A stretch of DNA of 64,000 bases from Eledone cirrhosa (Eukaryota), in NCBI GenBank assembly GCA_964016885.1, contig OZ024740.1, positions 76,632,001-76,696,000 of the forward strand, given 5' to 3'. This document shows positions 24,360 to 38,785 of this stretch, piece after piece. The number at the start of each line of letters is the position of its first letter. The first letter of the stretch is position 1. The notes beneath the pieces are model-generated. The model did no database searches and was not told where the DNA came from. It worked only from the letters and a program-made list of their open reading frames with translations. The position numbers were made by a program, and so were the translations under genes.

Positions 24360-27300
24360 ATGACCTCACTCAGAATAGGCAGCATAAATGCGCGTGGCTT
24401 GGGGTCGTCATGGAAGCAGAGCCACCTGCTCAACGACCTCAGGTCACTAAACATAGATGTAGTGGCCATCAGCGAGACCAGAATCTCCGAAGCACAGGCT
24501 TTCGCACCGATCTTCGGCGGCTACGATGTGTACGCATCTCCCAGCTGTCCGGGATCGGGGGGAGGAGTTGCTGTGCTTTTTCGGAGAGGTTTGGATCTTG
24601 CCATACGGGCCATCTTCCTGGACCCAGAAGGTAAGTTGGTGGTGCTGGACGTGACCAGCGGAGACGGGCAAGCTTTCAGGTTAGTGGCCGTCTATGCCCC
24701 GACAGGAGCAGGGCGGCCTGATTTCTTCCGGCGTCTGGAGACCTTTCTTGGAACGTCCCGCTCTTTAGTGTTAGTGGGCGACTGGAACGGGATCTTAGAT
24801 GCACGCTGGGATAGTGTGGGATTAGTGGATAGGGAAGGAGGGTGCAAGAGTCTCACCAACCTGCTCAGACGTTTTGAACTGTCTGACAGGTACCGAATGG
24901 ATTTCCCGAATATACCAATGTGGACTTGGACAAATCGCATAGGGTCATCCAGATCATATCTAGATAGAGTATTTTGTAGGGAAATAGATAGGTCTAGCAT
25001 AGGCTGTCCACAATTCAAGATAGTCAGCTACACGGACCACAAATTCGTGATCTGTGTGCTTGACTTAGATAGGCTTCATAGACGAGAACCCGGCTACTGG
25101 AAGCTAAACGCGTCCTTACCAGCGCGCAAGGCCTACAGAGACCGGATTAGCGAACTAGTTAAGCGGGCGTTGACGGGGGCCATCGTCAACAACAAGTGGT
25201 GGTTTGCTCTGAAAAGAGCAATTAGAATAGAGTCCATTAGGTTTAGTAAGACTTTAGCAATAGAGAAAAATAGACAGAGGGAGAATTAGTTAGAAAATTA
25301 GATGAGGCGCTTAGCAAAGGCATCGCGACCGACGTACTTGCGGCGAAATTGGCCCTTGACCAATTCTTCAATGCAAAGCACGAAGGCTGCGTTGTCAGAG
25401 CTAGGGTGCGTGCTCTCAGACACGAGGGGACGAAAGCCGTTCAATGGGCCCGAGTGGCGGAGGCGCGTCGTGGCAACAAAGCCACGATCCGGTCTTTGGT
25501 GGACCACGACGGGCGCATGCTACTCGATCCCGGGCAAATGTGTGAAGCTTTTCAGCGACACTTCGCTCAACTGTTCGGGGGCAGTGGTGGGCCGGATCGA
25601 GGGATGGACTTTAGTGTCTACCTCGACGGACTGCCGCGGCTTTCGGCCACTGAGGCGGAGTGTTGCGAAAAGCCGATAACAACCGCTGAAGTACGGGATG
25701 CAATGACTAGTTGCACAAGGGGTAAATCGCCTGGTTTGGATGGTCTGCCCTATGAACTTTACGTACAAATGCCAAACTTGTTCGGAGGCCTCTTGGCGGA
25801 CGTCTACTGCAACTGGCAACAGAACGGGAGAATTCCCAGCTCTGTGAGCCGAGGAGCGGTGGCGCTGCTGAGAAAGGATCCGAACAAGGGGGATAACATA
25901 GATAATTTTAGGCCCATAACTCTGCTAAACACAGAGTTCAAGATTTTGGCCAAGGTGCTAGCAAAGAGGTTGGCGCTTGTCGTTGGTGGTCTGGTGGGAG
26001 AGGCACAGACATGCGCCATTCCCGACAGATCCATCCACGACAACCTCCACCTCATGCGATACATCGTAGAGAGGGTAGCTAGGGAACCTGGCACGGGTGG
26101 GTATTTGATCAATTTAGATCAGTCGAAAGCCTTCGATAGGGTCGACCATCGTTACCTAACGGCAGTCCTGAGGGCGGCTGGCTTTGGGCCCGTCTTCAGA
26201 GGCTGGATCGCTGCCATGCACAGCGACATCTGCTCTGTAGTGAGAGTGAACGGTCACCTTTCGGAACCGTTCAACATCATGCGCTCGGTCCGCCAAGGAT
26301 GTCCCCTCTCGTCCCTATTGTACGTATTGACTCTCGAGCCATTACTGCACAAACTGGAGACGTTGAGGGGGGTCCCGCGCGAACTAGGATGCGGAAGATC
26401 CGTGTCAGCATATGCCGACGATGTCACCGTAGTGGTGTCGAACGCCAAACACATCGAGGCGATCGGCACTACACTAAGAGAATACGAAGCGGTGACAGGA
26501 GCAATGATCAACCAGGAAAAGTCAGTGGGCCTGCAGCTCGGCACCTGGAGAGGCAGGTCCATGCCGTCCAACAGCGTCGTCGGGCGCTGGACGGACGGAC
26601 CGGTTAAATTGCTAGGGGTCTGGTTCGGTCCAGACCTCCAGACGGACAAAAACTGGGACGAGGTGACGAGCAGGGTGGCTTCTCTCACCCAGAAATGGGC
26701 CGAGAGGAAGCTATCCCTGAAAGGTCGAGCGGAGGTGGCGAATGCGTACATCGCATCCGTCATCTACTACCGCCTGACCGTCGTACCTTGTCCTAAGCCC
26801 CGCCTGACTGCGCTGGAGCGTTTGGTCTTTCGCTTCTTGTGGAAGGGACGCGCTCCGATGGTCAGGCGGTCCATATGCTGTCAACACCCGCTACGTGGAG
26901 GGCTGGGCATGCCGTGGCTGATGATGCGCAGACACGCGCTCAGGCTACGACATCTCCACCTCTTCCTCGACGGTGATCAGGTGTGGTCGCCGTTTGCAAG
27001 ACACGTTTTTCCCCAGCTCGTCTCCTTGACGGAGCTGCAGTCCTGGGTCAAGCGAAGACCGAGATGGAGCGCTGGGAGACTGGAATGTCTTCAGGCGCTC
27101 ACAGCCCTCGACCAATCGGGCAATGTGATCGGTGGAAACTCTACCTTGGCGTTCTATAGGGGATTAGTGGAGGGGAAGAGCGACGACGTACTTGGAGAAA
27201 CTCTAGGCGTCGACGAAAATCAACTAGCCAATCTCTTCGGAAGGACTTTCGGGCCGGGGCCTATGGACAACTTCCAGAAATCCCTGGCCTGGCAGTGCTA

Positions 27301-27778
27301 CCGAGGAGCTTTGCCAGTTCGGGATAAACTCTACAGGCATGGAGGTGCCGTCAGCCGGGCATGTCCGAGATGCGCGCAGGGCGACGAAACCGTCCTGCAC
27401 GCACTCGTCCAGTGTCCGAGCATTGCTGACTTGTGGGTTTATGTCGAACACCTGCTGTCACGTGTAGGACGGATCCGGCTATCAGCTGAGTCCATCGTGA
27501 GGATTGCCCCGCCCCCTTCCTTTAGCCTAGAAGGGCAGGCAGTTTTTATCTGTCTGGTGGCCATGGCGAAAGAGATAGTATGGTGGACACGTTTGAAAGG
27601 GCTGAAGACGAGCACTTACCTCTTCGGTGATGCCCTGATTAACTTTTTCAAATTTCATTTGAAAAGGAAAATCAGGGTAGAGAGGGAAGTGCTCTCTTCC
27701 CAGCATTTTGTTGGAAGATGGGTGAGAGAAGCAAGTATGGCCCGAATGAATGGGCCTTCTCTGAGTATGTGTCTGTAA
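24360..27778 (+). pseudogene. Tx1/L1 ORF2 (APE endonuclease, reverse transcriptase, zf-RVT) with one frameshift near 25285
   Basis: SINARG, ISET, GDWN, SYLDR, TDH (APE); KSPGLDG, FRPITLLN, LDQSKAFDRV, RQGCPLS, YADD (RT); CPRC...ETVLHALVQC. Confidence 0.93.
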
Positions 27779-28022
27779 ATTAAAGGTGGAAAACTGGGAG
27801 TGGGCACTTGCCCTGGTGGTCAGGGCCACTGTGGTCTTTTAATGGGCTTTCTCCACAAATGTCCCTTGGAAGTCTCCCCCCTATTGGGGAATTTTTCTTT
27901 GTTATTTTATTTCAACCTCTGTTTTTTTTTACACGCAGAAATGCCCATTTGTACCGTCCTATATTGTCCTATACTGTCCTTAATGTCTACTTTATGTGAA
28001 CCCTTGTGGTTAATAAAGAAAA

Positions 28023-28076
<54 letters not shown>

Positions 28077-28253
28077 GTATATATAATTATATATATATAT
28101 ATGTAGATAAATTTACCAAAATAAACGTTACTGTCCAATCCATATGAACAACTCAATGTAATCCAAATATAGAAGATATCATGAAAAAGAGAAAATGCAT
28201 TCAAAAATTAATGATGAAAATCATAGGAAAACAGAATCAAGATAAATTAATAA

Positions 28254-28944
28254 AAACAATAAAATAAAAACAAAGAACAGGTTCCTTATATTGAAAAATT
28301 CATCATTTTACGATCGTTTCTGGGATATATATATGTGTGTTGGTATGTATATCATGTTAAAGATCTATGTAAAAAAATTACAAATTATCAGAGGAGATAT
28401 ACATACCTTCACCTATATATGCCATCTTCAGAAATGATGAAGTATGTTTATTGAAAGAAACAAAGTATTAATATAAAAGGTCTGTTTGGGAACAGGTTTT
28501 GAATTAACCAATAGAAAAGAGTTAGAGGTCAAGTTGATAGAATAACAGTAGTAGAACTTGATGCTAGGAGTGGAGGAATGTACATTTATACTTTGAATGA
28601 AAAGAATACAATGGGGAAGAGAAAGATAGGGGTTAAAATGAGGTCAAATCAAGGAGTTATTGAAGGAGTTCCCAAAAAATTGATGTTATTAAAAAATGCT
28701 GTTAAAAGTGAAGGGAAAGAAATTTGTAGGATGAGAGTGTTAGTGAGAAATACTAATCCCATTTAAATTTCAAGGAACCTAGATACATAAAAGGTATGTA
28801 TATCTCCTCTGATAATTTGTAATTTTTTTACATAGATCTTTAACATGATATACATGCCAACACACATATATATCCCAGAAACGATCGTAAAATCATGAAT
28901 TTTTCAATATAAGTAACCTGTTCTTTGTTTTTATTTCATTGTTT
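28254..28944 (-). mobile_element. Penelope-type terminal fragment with ~155-bp inverted arms
   Basis: 28254-28409 is the reverse complement of 28791-28944; carries a hammerhead; ends in (TA)n. Confidence 0.75.
28299..28441 (-). ncRNA. Type I hammerhead ribozyme with ~104-nt helix II domain
   Basis: Minus strand reads TTCATCATTT-CTGAAGA-TGGCATATATA...TATATATCCCA-GAAAC-GATC-GTA-AAATGATGAA: perfect 10-bp helix I, intact core and a palindromic helix III. Confidence 0.85.
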
Positions 28945-29058
28945 ATATATATATATATATATATATAGCGGCCGATGCCAACCTTTTTTCCGTCTTTAAG
29001 TGTCTTCATGCTATTTCATAGCATCTACGCGTATAAAAAGACCATTTTTTATATTATA

Positions 29059-29110
<52 letters not shown>

Positions 29111-29113
29111 CAT

Positions 29114-29173
<60 letters not shown>

Positions 29174-29395
29174 ATGTGTGTGTATGCATACGATAATCTA
29201 TTGCTTGTTCACTAGGGAGCTGTGTATTAAATCCAAACGTCTCCAGTGCTTGTTTATTTAAGTCCCTTTATATATTTATCCACGTTTCATATTCATTTAC
29301 TATTTTATTATTATAATACATGAATTAATTCATACATACACTAGAAGTATGAATATCTCATTAATGAATTAATAATATATAAACATACGTATATA

Positions 29396-29426
<31 letters not shown>

Positions 29427-29482
29427 GTATGTATATTCTTTATACATACATATATATATATATATATATATGTTTATATACA

Positions 29483-29581
<99 letters not shown>

Positions 29582-29592
29582 GTATGTATGTA

Positions 29593-29645
<53 letters not shown>

Positions 29646-30218
29646 TAGATAGATACAGACAAATACATATATTAAGTGTTTTCCGTTTCCTGGGGTTCTT
29701 TACTCGATTTTATCAATAATTTACAATGATCGAATATTCTTATAGTCATTTACATGGGGTTAAAAGGTCACCTAATATTTCTTAAGTCAACCGGTTGCTC
29801 AAACACTCATGCACACACACAGGCACAGACCTCTGTTACACACACACACACTCACATAAATACTCACATACATACAACCACGCATACATTTTTTTTCACC
29901 AGAAACAACGTTTCTCCGTTTTATTTCTATCTCTAATTCTATCCTCCGATGAATGACTATCGTCCGAAATATTTAAACTCTTTTCCTACTATATCAAGTG
30001 TTAAACTAATATATATTTTCACGTTACTGTATTATTCTTTTGTGTTGTCTTCTTTGTTATAATAGTCTCACGGTGAATATTTTCAGCTGTGTTTGTGCAT
30101 ATGTCACAGATATCTCAGTAAACGTGTGAAAACGCCAAATCCTATAGTATTTCAATATTCAGTAATCAATCATTAGTGACGTTTACTCATTATTTTGTTG
30201 TTATAATGTATGTACTAA

Positions 30219-30330
30219 CTAGCTGAGATACCCGACTTCGTCCGGGAGAACAGTTTAGAAAAGACGGATAAAAGAGAAAACGACTGTATTGGATGTGTTG
30301 TATGGTTTTCAGTATGAGGTGAGACCGTAA

Positions 30331-30363
<33 letters not shown>

Positions 30364-31252
30364 CATAAAAATAATCGATCATAAAACTTCCTTATTAGGC
30401 TGGGGGACAAACTGCCGATTAAATGGTAGCATTGGCCTTGGATTATAAATGTTTTGAAATAACCATAGTGAGTATGATCTTTTTCAGCTCCAAAGGACGT
30501 CATCTGAAACGCAACAATATACCGCATAACATTGCTTCTGAAGTGTTTAGCTTCGTCAGTATGGTCTGTAAGAAGTATATGGATAAAAGCTGAAGGGTCC
30601 TCTATCAGTGGATGTCTGACTTTTTTTCCTAAGCAACACATGCCAAGTATAATATCCAAGCTACCAATTGCGATTTTAGGATCATTTCTACAATTCTTCG
30701 ATGGATCATAAACGCAGCTCCTACCAAGTTTACGCTGCCTTGAAGTGTCCTTTGTGCTCGTCGAGTTGGTATGGCAACTCTCATTGCCTCTTGGTGATTT
30801 TCATATTGAACTTTCTGTTGGTTGCGATAGTCTTTCTTCTTGCCTTAATCTTTCTGTTTCCTGTCTCAGGTTCTGTACACCTTCAGAAAGTTGCGATCGT
30901 CTTTCTTGTCTTAATCTTTCAGTTTCCCGTCTCATATACTGCTGAATGTTACAATGCTGAATTGTCCCTTTATTCCCAAGTCTTTTTATATTGTTCGTGA
31001 GTTTCTCTTTCGCTTGAAGATTTCAACCGTTTGGCGGACATTGTAACTCCCGCGATAGATGAGCGGTGTTTTGGCATATGACACTATCCCCAAAAAGGTA
31101 AATTAATATACACCGTAGATTAATTTCAAATATTATCAATTTTTCTAGTAAATCAAAGACTGGTGTAAAAAGACTTTATAAAAACTATCGCAATAATGTT
31201 AAACCTCCAACCGATACTTTGATTTAGAGTTTAAGCTGATTCTACACTTTAG

Positions 31253-31328
<76 letters not shown>

Positions 31329-31560
31329 CCTCCCTCTGAATGTGCGATCTCTTTCAATTTCTTCTACTCTACTACAAACTTCTCTCTCTGTTACTTTATC
31401 CCTTCCCATATCTCTTTCTATGTTTCTCTCTTTCTCTCTCTCTCTCTCTCCGTCTCTCTCTCTCCCCCTCTCTCTCTCTCTCTCTCTCTCTATCACCCCC
31501 CCCCCACACACACATATTCTCTCTGACCCTCTATAACTCCTCTCTTTTAGTCGCTATATC

Positions 31561-31624
<64 letters not shown>

Positions 31625-31698
31625 CCCCGATCACTCACTCATTGACATTAGGGACGCTGGCCGCGAAACAATCAAGATCTCACTCTCTGTCTCGCTCT

Positions 31699-31750
<52 letters not shown>

Positions 31751-32164
31751 ATACTTGGGGAGGGTCATATTTGTGTAATATTACCAGAATTAATAACAGA
31801 ACACACTCACTGTTTGGTTGGTTTTCGCTTCTCGCTGTCTTTTATATCTGCGATCTAACTTAATCGGTGCTCAATGTTGCCATTGACTGACCGGCGGTCA
31901 AAAATAATACAGATACAATATAGACACAAACATATATATATAGTTTACATAATTTACATAAATCTTTCGTTGCACATCTGCAACATCGTCAGTGGTGTTA
32001 TATTTTTTCCTCCTGTTGTGTTGTATGTCTACGCCATTTTTTATTCAGTCTGTCTATATATTTATTTATTTATTTGCTTGTTTGTTTATTTGTTTCGACA
32101 CACGATTTCATATAAAAAACCTCGCTAAACTAATTCATCGCCGCTATATATATATATATATATA

Positions 32165-32200
<36 letters not shown>

Positions 32201-32308
32201 CCGCCGTTCGTTGCCATTCTCTCTCTTTATCTGAATATCTAACACTTTAATTGTATCTCTGTCGGTATAACGGCCTATCACTCTCTCTCTGTGTCTCTCT
32301 TCTTTAGA

Positions 32309-32386
<78 letters not shown>

Positions 32387-32455
32387 AGTATGTCTGTGTC
32401 TAGTTTTCGTGTGATTAAACCAACCAACCAATAAACATCTCTCTTTTATATTATA
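30219..32455 (-). mobile_element. Helitron derivative with Rep N-terminal remnant
   Basis: 3' hairpin + CTAG (30219-30246), similar to that at 19633; ORF 30309-30659 reads HFRSNVMRYIVAFQMTSFG...TFIIQGQCYHLIGSL. The 5' boundary is uncertain. Confidence 0.8.
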
Positions 32456-33161
<706 letters not shown>

Positions 33162-33397
33162 TACAGATTTATGTATATATTAGTAAAAACCCACCACTAC
33201 GCTACAGGTAAAATACGCACACACATACACGCACACACAAACATGACGTTCGGACAGATACAATTCAAGTTCTGGATCAGCTGTTCCACAAAACAGATAT
33301 AATTGTTATTATTATGTTCTAATATGCCCCTAGTTATGTTGTTATTCCTACACTTCCCTCAGTCCATCTTATGCTATATAATACGTTCCTTATTTTG

Positions 33398-33556
<159 letters not shown>

Positions 33557-33596
33557 GATATTAAATAAATGGAAACTATATTTATAAAACCATATT

Positions 33597-33662
33597 TATT
33601 TCATTATATATATTTCAGGGATATCATATTAAAAATATGGTATGCCTTCATCAGACAAAATA
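33597..33662 (-). ncRNA. Type I hammerhead ribozyme (inverted pLTR copy)
   Basis: Reverse complement of 37667-37732. Confidence 0.8.
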
Positions 33663-33911
33663 CAATATAAACAGTCTTATAAATAGATAGATTTGACATA
33701 CCTTACAACTTCAACTTCCATTTAAAAAGTTGATTTGGTAGTGAAAAATGTTAGGGACAGTTATAAAAAGAAAGAAAGAAAGAAAGCGAAGAAAAAGAAG
33801 AAATGCATGCAACGAAAAGCAGAGAGAGATAGATATAGAGAGATAGATAGAGAGAAGAAATTCATGTAAAAAAAAAACAGAGTGAGATAGATAAAGAGAG
33901 AAAAAAGACAG

Positions 33912-33946
<35 letters not shown>

Positions 33947-34534
33947 AGAGAGAGAGAGAAAAAATAGAGAGAGATAGATATAGATAGAGATAGAGAGAAA
34001 GAAAATAGGTAGTTGGGCACCAGTTGAATGACGTATCAATGATATATTTATTTATTTATTTATTTATTTAGTTCTAGTATTAAGGTAGAGAGAGATATAT
34101 GTGGTTAGGAGAGAAAACAGCCGTTACATAGAGAGAAAAGAAAAATATCCAGAGATAAACGAGGCAGATTTAAAACATTATGTTTCATCAATCTAAAAAT
34201 ATCAATTCGTATGAATTAGGTATTATAATGTAAATATCAGTATTCATGAATGAGACACGTATCAATAATGTGTGAAAAATAATGATCATATGTCTAGTTT
34301 AAAATTCCTAAGTTTATAATCAGAGCTGAGATAAAAAAAACTGAGATAAAAAAACTGAGATAAAAAACTTACATAAACCTCTATGGAGTGCAAAAAGACA
34401 TGTATAATGGCCTCATACTGAAAGAACTGAGGAAAAAGTACAAGGTAGCAGATAAGGCCGAGCTTGAGAAAATGAATGTTGAGGCATCTTGTATAATGCA
34501 TGAGTTGGAAATTTAGAACAAAACACAACCTTTC

Positions 34535-36231
34535 GTGCCCAGGAAACCCAAGATCAATATGAAAGATCACAAAAGAAATTTTGAAAATGACCTGCCAGTC
34601 AGATTGATTGCACCATCAAAATCTGACCTGGGTAAACTTAGCAAAAACATTCTAGACAGGGTGATACAGCAAATTAAAAACTTGAATTGTTTACCTAACT
34701 TGAGCTTGTGGAAGGGAACTGGAGAGGTTATTGAGTGGTTTAAAGAAATTAAATATAACAATAATAAATTTATTCAACTAGATATTGCTAACTATTATTC
34801 ATCTATTACCCCTAATCTACTAAATAAGGCACTAAATTACGCATTCAAACATACAGACCTAACTAGCAATGAAATGCACATTATATTATCGGCTAGGAAA
34901 ACATTGATAGAATTTAATAACCAACTATGGACCAGAGCAGATAGAGATAACAATTTCGACATTACTATGGGATCATCCGACTCAGCTCAGGTAACTGACC
35001 TTGTGGCCTATTTATAATCAATTCGCTGCATAGGAAAATACCCGGTGCTACCGGAGGATTATATAGAGATGACATGCTTTTACTTATTGAAAATAATAAC
35101 TCTGAACTAAATAGAAAAAGAAAACAAATTATACAATTTTTTAATTACTTTAATCTAAAAATAGAAATTGAGAATAACCATAGAATAGTCAATTTCCTAG
35201 ATGTAACATTAAATCTCAACACATGTCTTCACTATCCATTTCACAAGTTGAATGAAAACTTAAACTATGTCAGTTTTAACTCTAACCACCCCAGATCTGT
35301 TAAAAATACTATAGTGAACTCTGTTCAAAAACGTATCTCTAGAATCTCATCTAATAAAAAGATTTTCGACGAAAAAGCCCAGTATTACAATGTAGCGTTA
35401 GCTAGAGCAGGATATAGTGATAAAATTATGTACATAGATAATAATAGACAAACTAACCAAAATAACAACAATTTTAATTACGGCAACAACTTTAACAACT
35501 ATAATAGAAAGCATTACAATAATTCCAAAAGCCAAAAAAGAAATAGAACTAGGAATATAATATGGTTTGCCCCCCCTTTCTCACTAAACATTAAAACCCA
35601 CATCGCTAAACTATTTTTTAATGCTCTTGATAATCGCTTCCCTAGAACACATAAGTATCACTCAATTTTCAATAGACATACTATAAAATTAACTTACTCA
35701 TCCACCAAAAATTTAGCACAAAATATTAATAGAATAAATAATAGGAATTTAAAACCTAGCCAAAATACCGATAATAGCATAAATAATATCCAAGTAAACA
35801 AATGTAACTGTAGAGATAGATCTAAATGTCCGTTAAATAACAATTGCTTAGTTAAAAATATAATATACAACTGTAATGTTAAAACGGACTTAAATTCTTT
35901 TAACTATGTTGGTTCCACCTCGACAGAATTTAAACTTCGCTATAATAACCACAAGAATTCTTTCACAGATCCAAGCAAAAAATCTTCAACATCACTATCA
36001 GGCTTACTCTGGCAACTTAAGCATGATAACGTTGGATATTCGACGGCTTGGAATATAGTCTCAAGAGGGATTCCTTTTAATTCATCTTCTGAGACATGTG
36101 ACCTCTGCGCGGAGGAGATATTCTTTATACTAAAATCTAAAAATTCCCTTAATTTACGGACAAATTTATTCAGTTGCGGCAGACATAGATTGAACTCAAC
36201 TTTTAAATATAAATATAAATTTAAAATGTAG
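34535..36231 (+). pseudogene. PLE reverse transcriptase + GIY-YIG endonuclease (frameshifted near 35010-35060)
   Basis: MKDHK..F...RLIAPSKSDLGK, QLDIANYYSSI, FDITMGS.DSAQVTDLV, GLYRDD, NFLDVTLNL, SNHP, CNC..CPL..C, IIY...YVGST..FKLRY.NH, CDLC.EE. Confidence 0.9.
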
Positions 36232-37345
36232 TATATTTACTTATGATTTGTAATTATTTATGAAACTCGCCGATAAATCTTTCGATTTCTTTTTTTTAAA
36301 CATTCTTCATGAATAATTAAACTACCCTAAAAGCTGATGCTCCAAATATATCGAATAAATTTTACACTAGATAAATTTCTATAATAAATATAAGACCATC
36401 TGTAGATCAAATGGGTATCCTAAACTTTTGGAATGATTTCTGCTAGACAGGATTTGGTAAATAATTTTGGTTTTGTTTGCTTTTGATTCTGATGCTTATA
36501 ATGAACTTGGCAATATATTGTCAATTAATTTTGAAGGGTTGATTTCTGTGGTTGATTTGCGGGGCATACTGTGTTTTATTTTTACTATTTTTTAATGTTT
36601 TTAATATTTTTATTGATATATTGATATCTGTTGTCTATTTATGCTTGAACGATAATCATGTAGAGTAAAGACAAGAATAGTATTGTTAAAATTAATGTAG
36701 ATTCTATATATATTTGTGTGTATGTACACATATATGTATACTAGAATTTTTATAGCACAATGAGAATGTTTTTATGTGAAATAGGAATTTGCAGAGTTGA
36801 TCACGTAAATTCACATGGATGTCTATAGTATCGAATCTGGGATAACCTTCTATTTTCTTTTTCTTTTTTCATGAAAGTGCATATATACTTATGTATTTCA
36901 ATTTTTTTTGAAGTTTTTTATCTCAGTTTTTTATCTCAGTTTTTTATCTCAGTTTTTTTAACTCAGTTTTTTTAACTCAGCTCTGATTATAAACCTAGGA
37001 ATTTTAAACTAGACATATGATCATTATTTTTCACACATTATTGATACGTGTCTCATTCATGAATACTGATATTTACATTATAATACCTAATTCATACAAA
37101 TTGATATTTTTAGATTGATGAAACATAATGTTTTAAATCTGCCTCGTTTATCTCTGGATATTTTTCTTTTCTCTCAATGTAACGGTTGTTTTCTCTCCTA
37201 ACCACATATATCTCTCTCTACCTTAATACTAGAACTAAATAAATAAATAAATAAATAAATATATCATTGATACGTCATTCAACTGGTGCCCAACTACCTA
37301 TTTTCTTTCTCTCTATCTCTATCTATATCTATCTCTCTCTATTTT

Positions 37346-37417
<72 letters not shown>

Positions 37418-37666
37418 CCCTCTGTCTTTTTTCTCTCTCTATCTATCTCTCTCTGTTTTTTCTTTACATGAATTTCTTCTCTCTATCTATCTCTCTATAT
37501 CTATCTCTCTCTGTTTTTCGTTGCATGCATTTCTTCTTTTTCTTCGCTTTATTTCTTTCTTTTTATAACTGTCCCTAACATTTTTCACTACCAAATCAAC
37601 TTTTTAAATGGAAGTTGAAGTTGTAAGGTATGTCAAAGCTATCTATTTATAAGACTGTTTATATTG

Positions 37667-37732
37667 TATTTTGTCTGATGAAGGCATACCATATTTTTAA
37701 TATGATATCCCTGAAATATATATAATGAAATA
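37667..37732 (+). ncRNA. Type I hammerhead ribozyme in PLE 3' pLTR
   Basis: TATTTTGT-CTGATGA-AGGCATACCATATT(TTT)AATATGATATCCCT-GAAAT-ATAT-ATA-ATGAAATA; helices I and II pair. Confidence 0.8.
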
Positions 37733-37855
37733 AATATGGTTTTATAAATATAGTTTCCATTTATTTAATATCGTAAATATACTCCAAATACTTGAGTGAT
37801 TTTATATCAGTTATAAATATTTACTCGTTGTAACCCAACAATTTAAATAAAACTT

Positions 37856-37912
<57 letters not shown>

Positions 37913-38060
37913 CAATAATTTTTTATATAACCAAAATAATAGATTCACGTTCCTAAAATACATGTCTATGTGTGCGTGAATTTTTCCTGTGTTTATATAT
38001 ATATGTAGTTAAAGAATGAAGAGTAACATGATTGGCTGTACAATATGGGCTTTATTTAAA

Positions 38061-38170
38061 GTACTGACAATTTTTCGTTGATCAGGTGAGTCTAGAGTTT
38101 GCCAATCGCTTGAAGTTGCGTCATTCGATCTCCAATACATTATTTACCTCTGGTCAACACATCAGAGTAC
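38061..38170 (-). ncRNA. Type I hammerhead (mutated core) with ~82-nt helix II domain
   Basis: Minus strand reads GTACT-CTGATGT-GTTGACCAG...CTGATCAAC-GAAA-AATT-GTC-AGTAC; the pLTR copy at 41438-41464 keeps the canonical GAAAC-AATT-GTC. Confidence 0.7.
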
Positions 38171-38785
38171 GTAGATATGAAAATAATTCACTCGAGACAA
38201 GACTTATATAGAAAATAGCGTAAAATCAAAACAATAACATCAATAATAAAACATATATGGTAAATAGGTAGAAAAGTTACAGATGTAAAAAGTAAGAAGA
38301 TAAGATGGGATACATTAAAAAATAAGGAAATGAGAGAATGGAAAATATAAAGAAATAAATAAGTGAGAGCGTGTAAGTACATAGTATGTTAGTAGTAGTT
38401 TTTGAGTAAGTGTTCTTATAAGGATTCGTTGGTGGGTTTTGTGCTAATATGAAAAAACCAAATTTGAGATGTACATAGATACGTGTAGTGGCAGATAAAA
38501 GAAAAAAAACAATAAATTAGAGATTAATTGGTGGATACATGTGTGCGATTTATGGGCTAGGGATGACGGGACGTTTGATAGACGCTTGTTGTAAATGTTT
38601 TGCTGATTGTTCTATCTTAATGGGGTTAATGCTGTTTCAGGGAGAAAGAGACTGATAGAAATGTTCAGAGATTTATGATCCAGTGACCAGTTGGCCGTTT
38701 GACAGCTAATAGCAGTGCGATGGTGTGTATTCTATATGTTAAAATCTAGGTGGTTCAGTTCTAATTTTGGGGTTGCTGGTTCAAA

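Larger units (their letters stand above)
22156..28025 (+). mobile_element. Near full-length L1/Tx1-clade LINE inserted in (TTA)n
   Basis: ORF1 with a CCHC knuckle, ORF2 with APE + RT + zf-RVT, 3' AATAAA then (TTA)n; (TAT)n also lies directly upstream. Confidence 0.92.
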
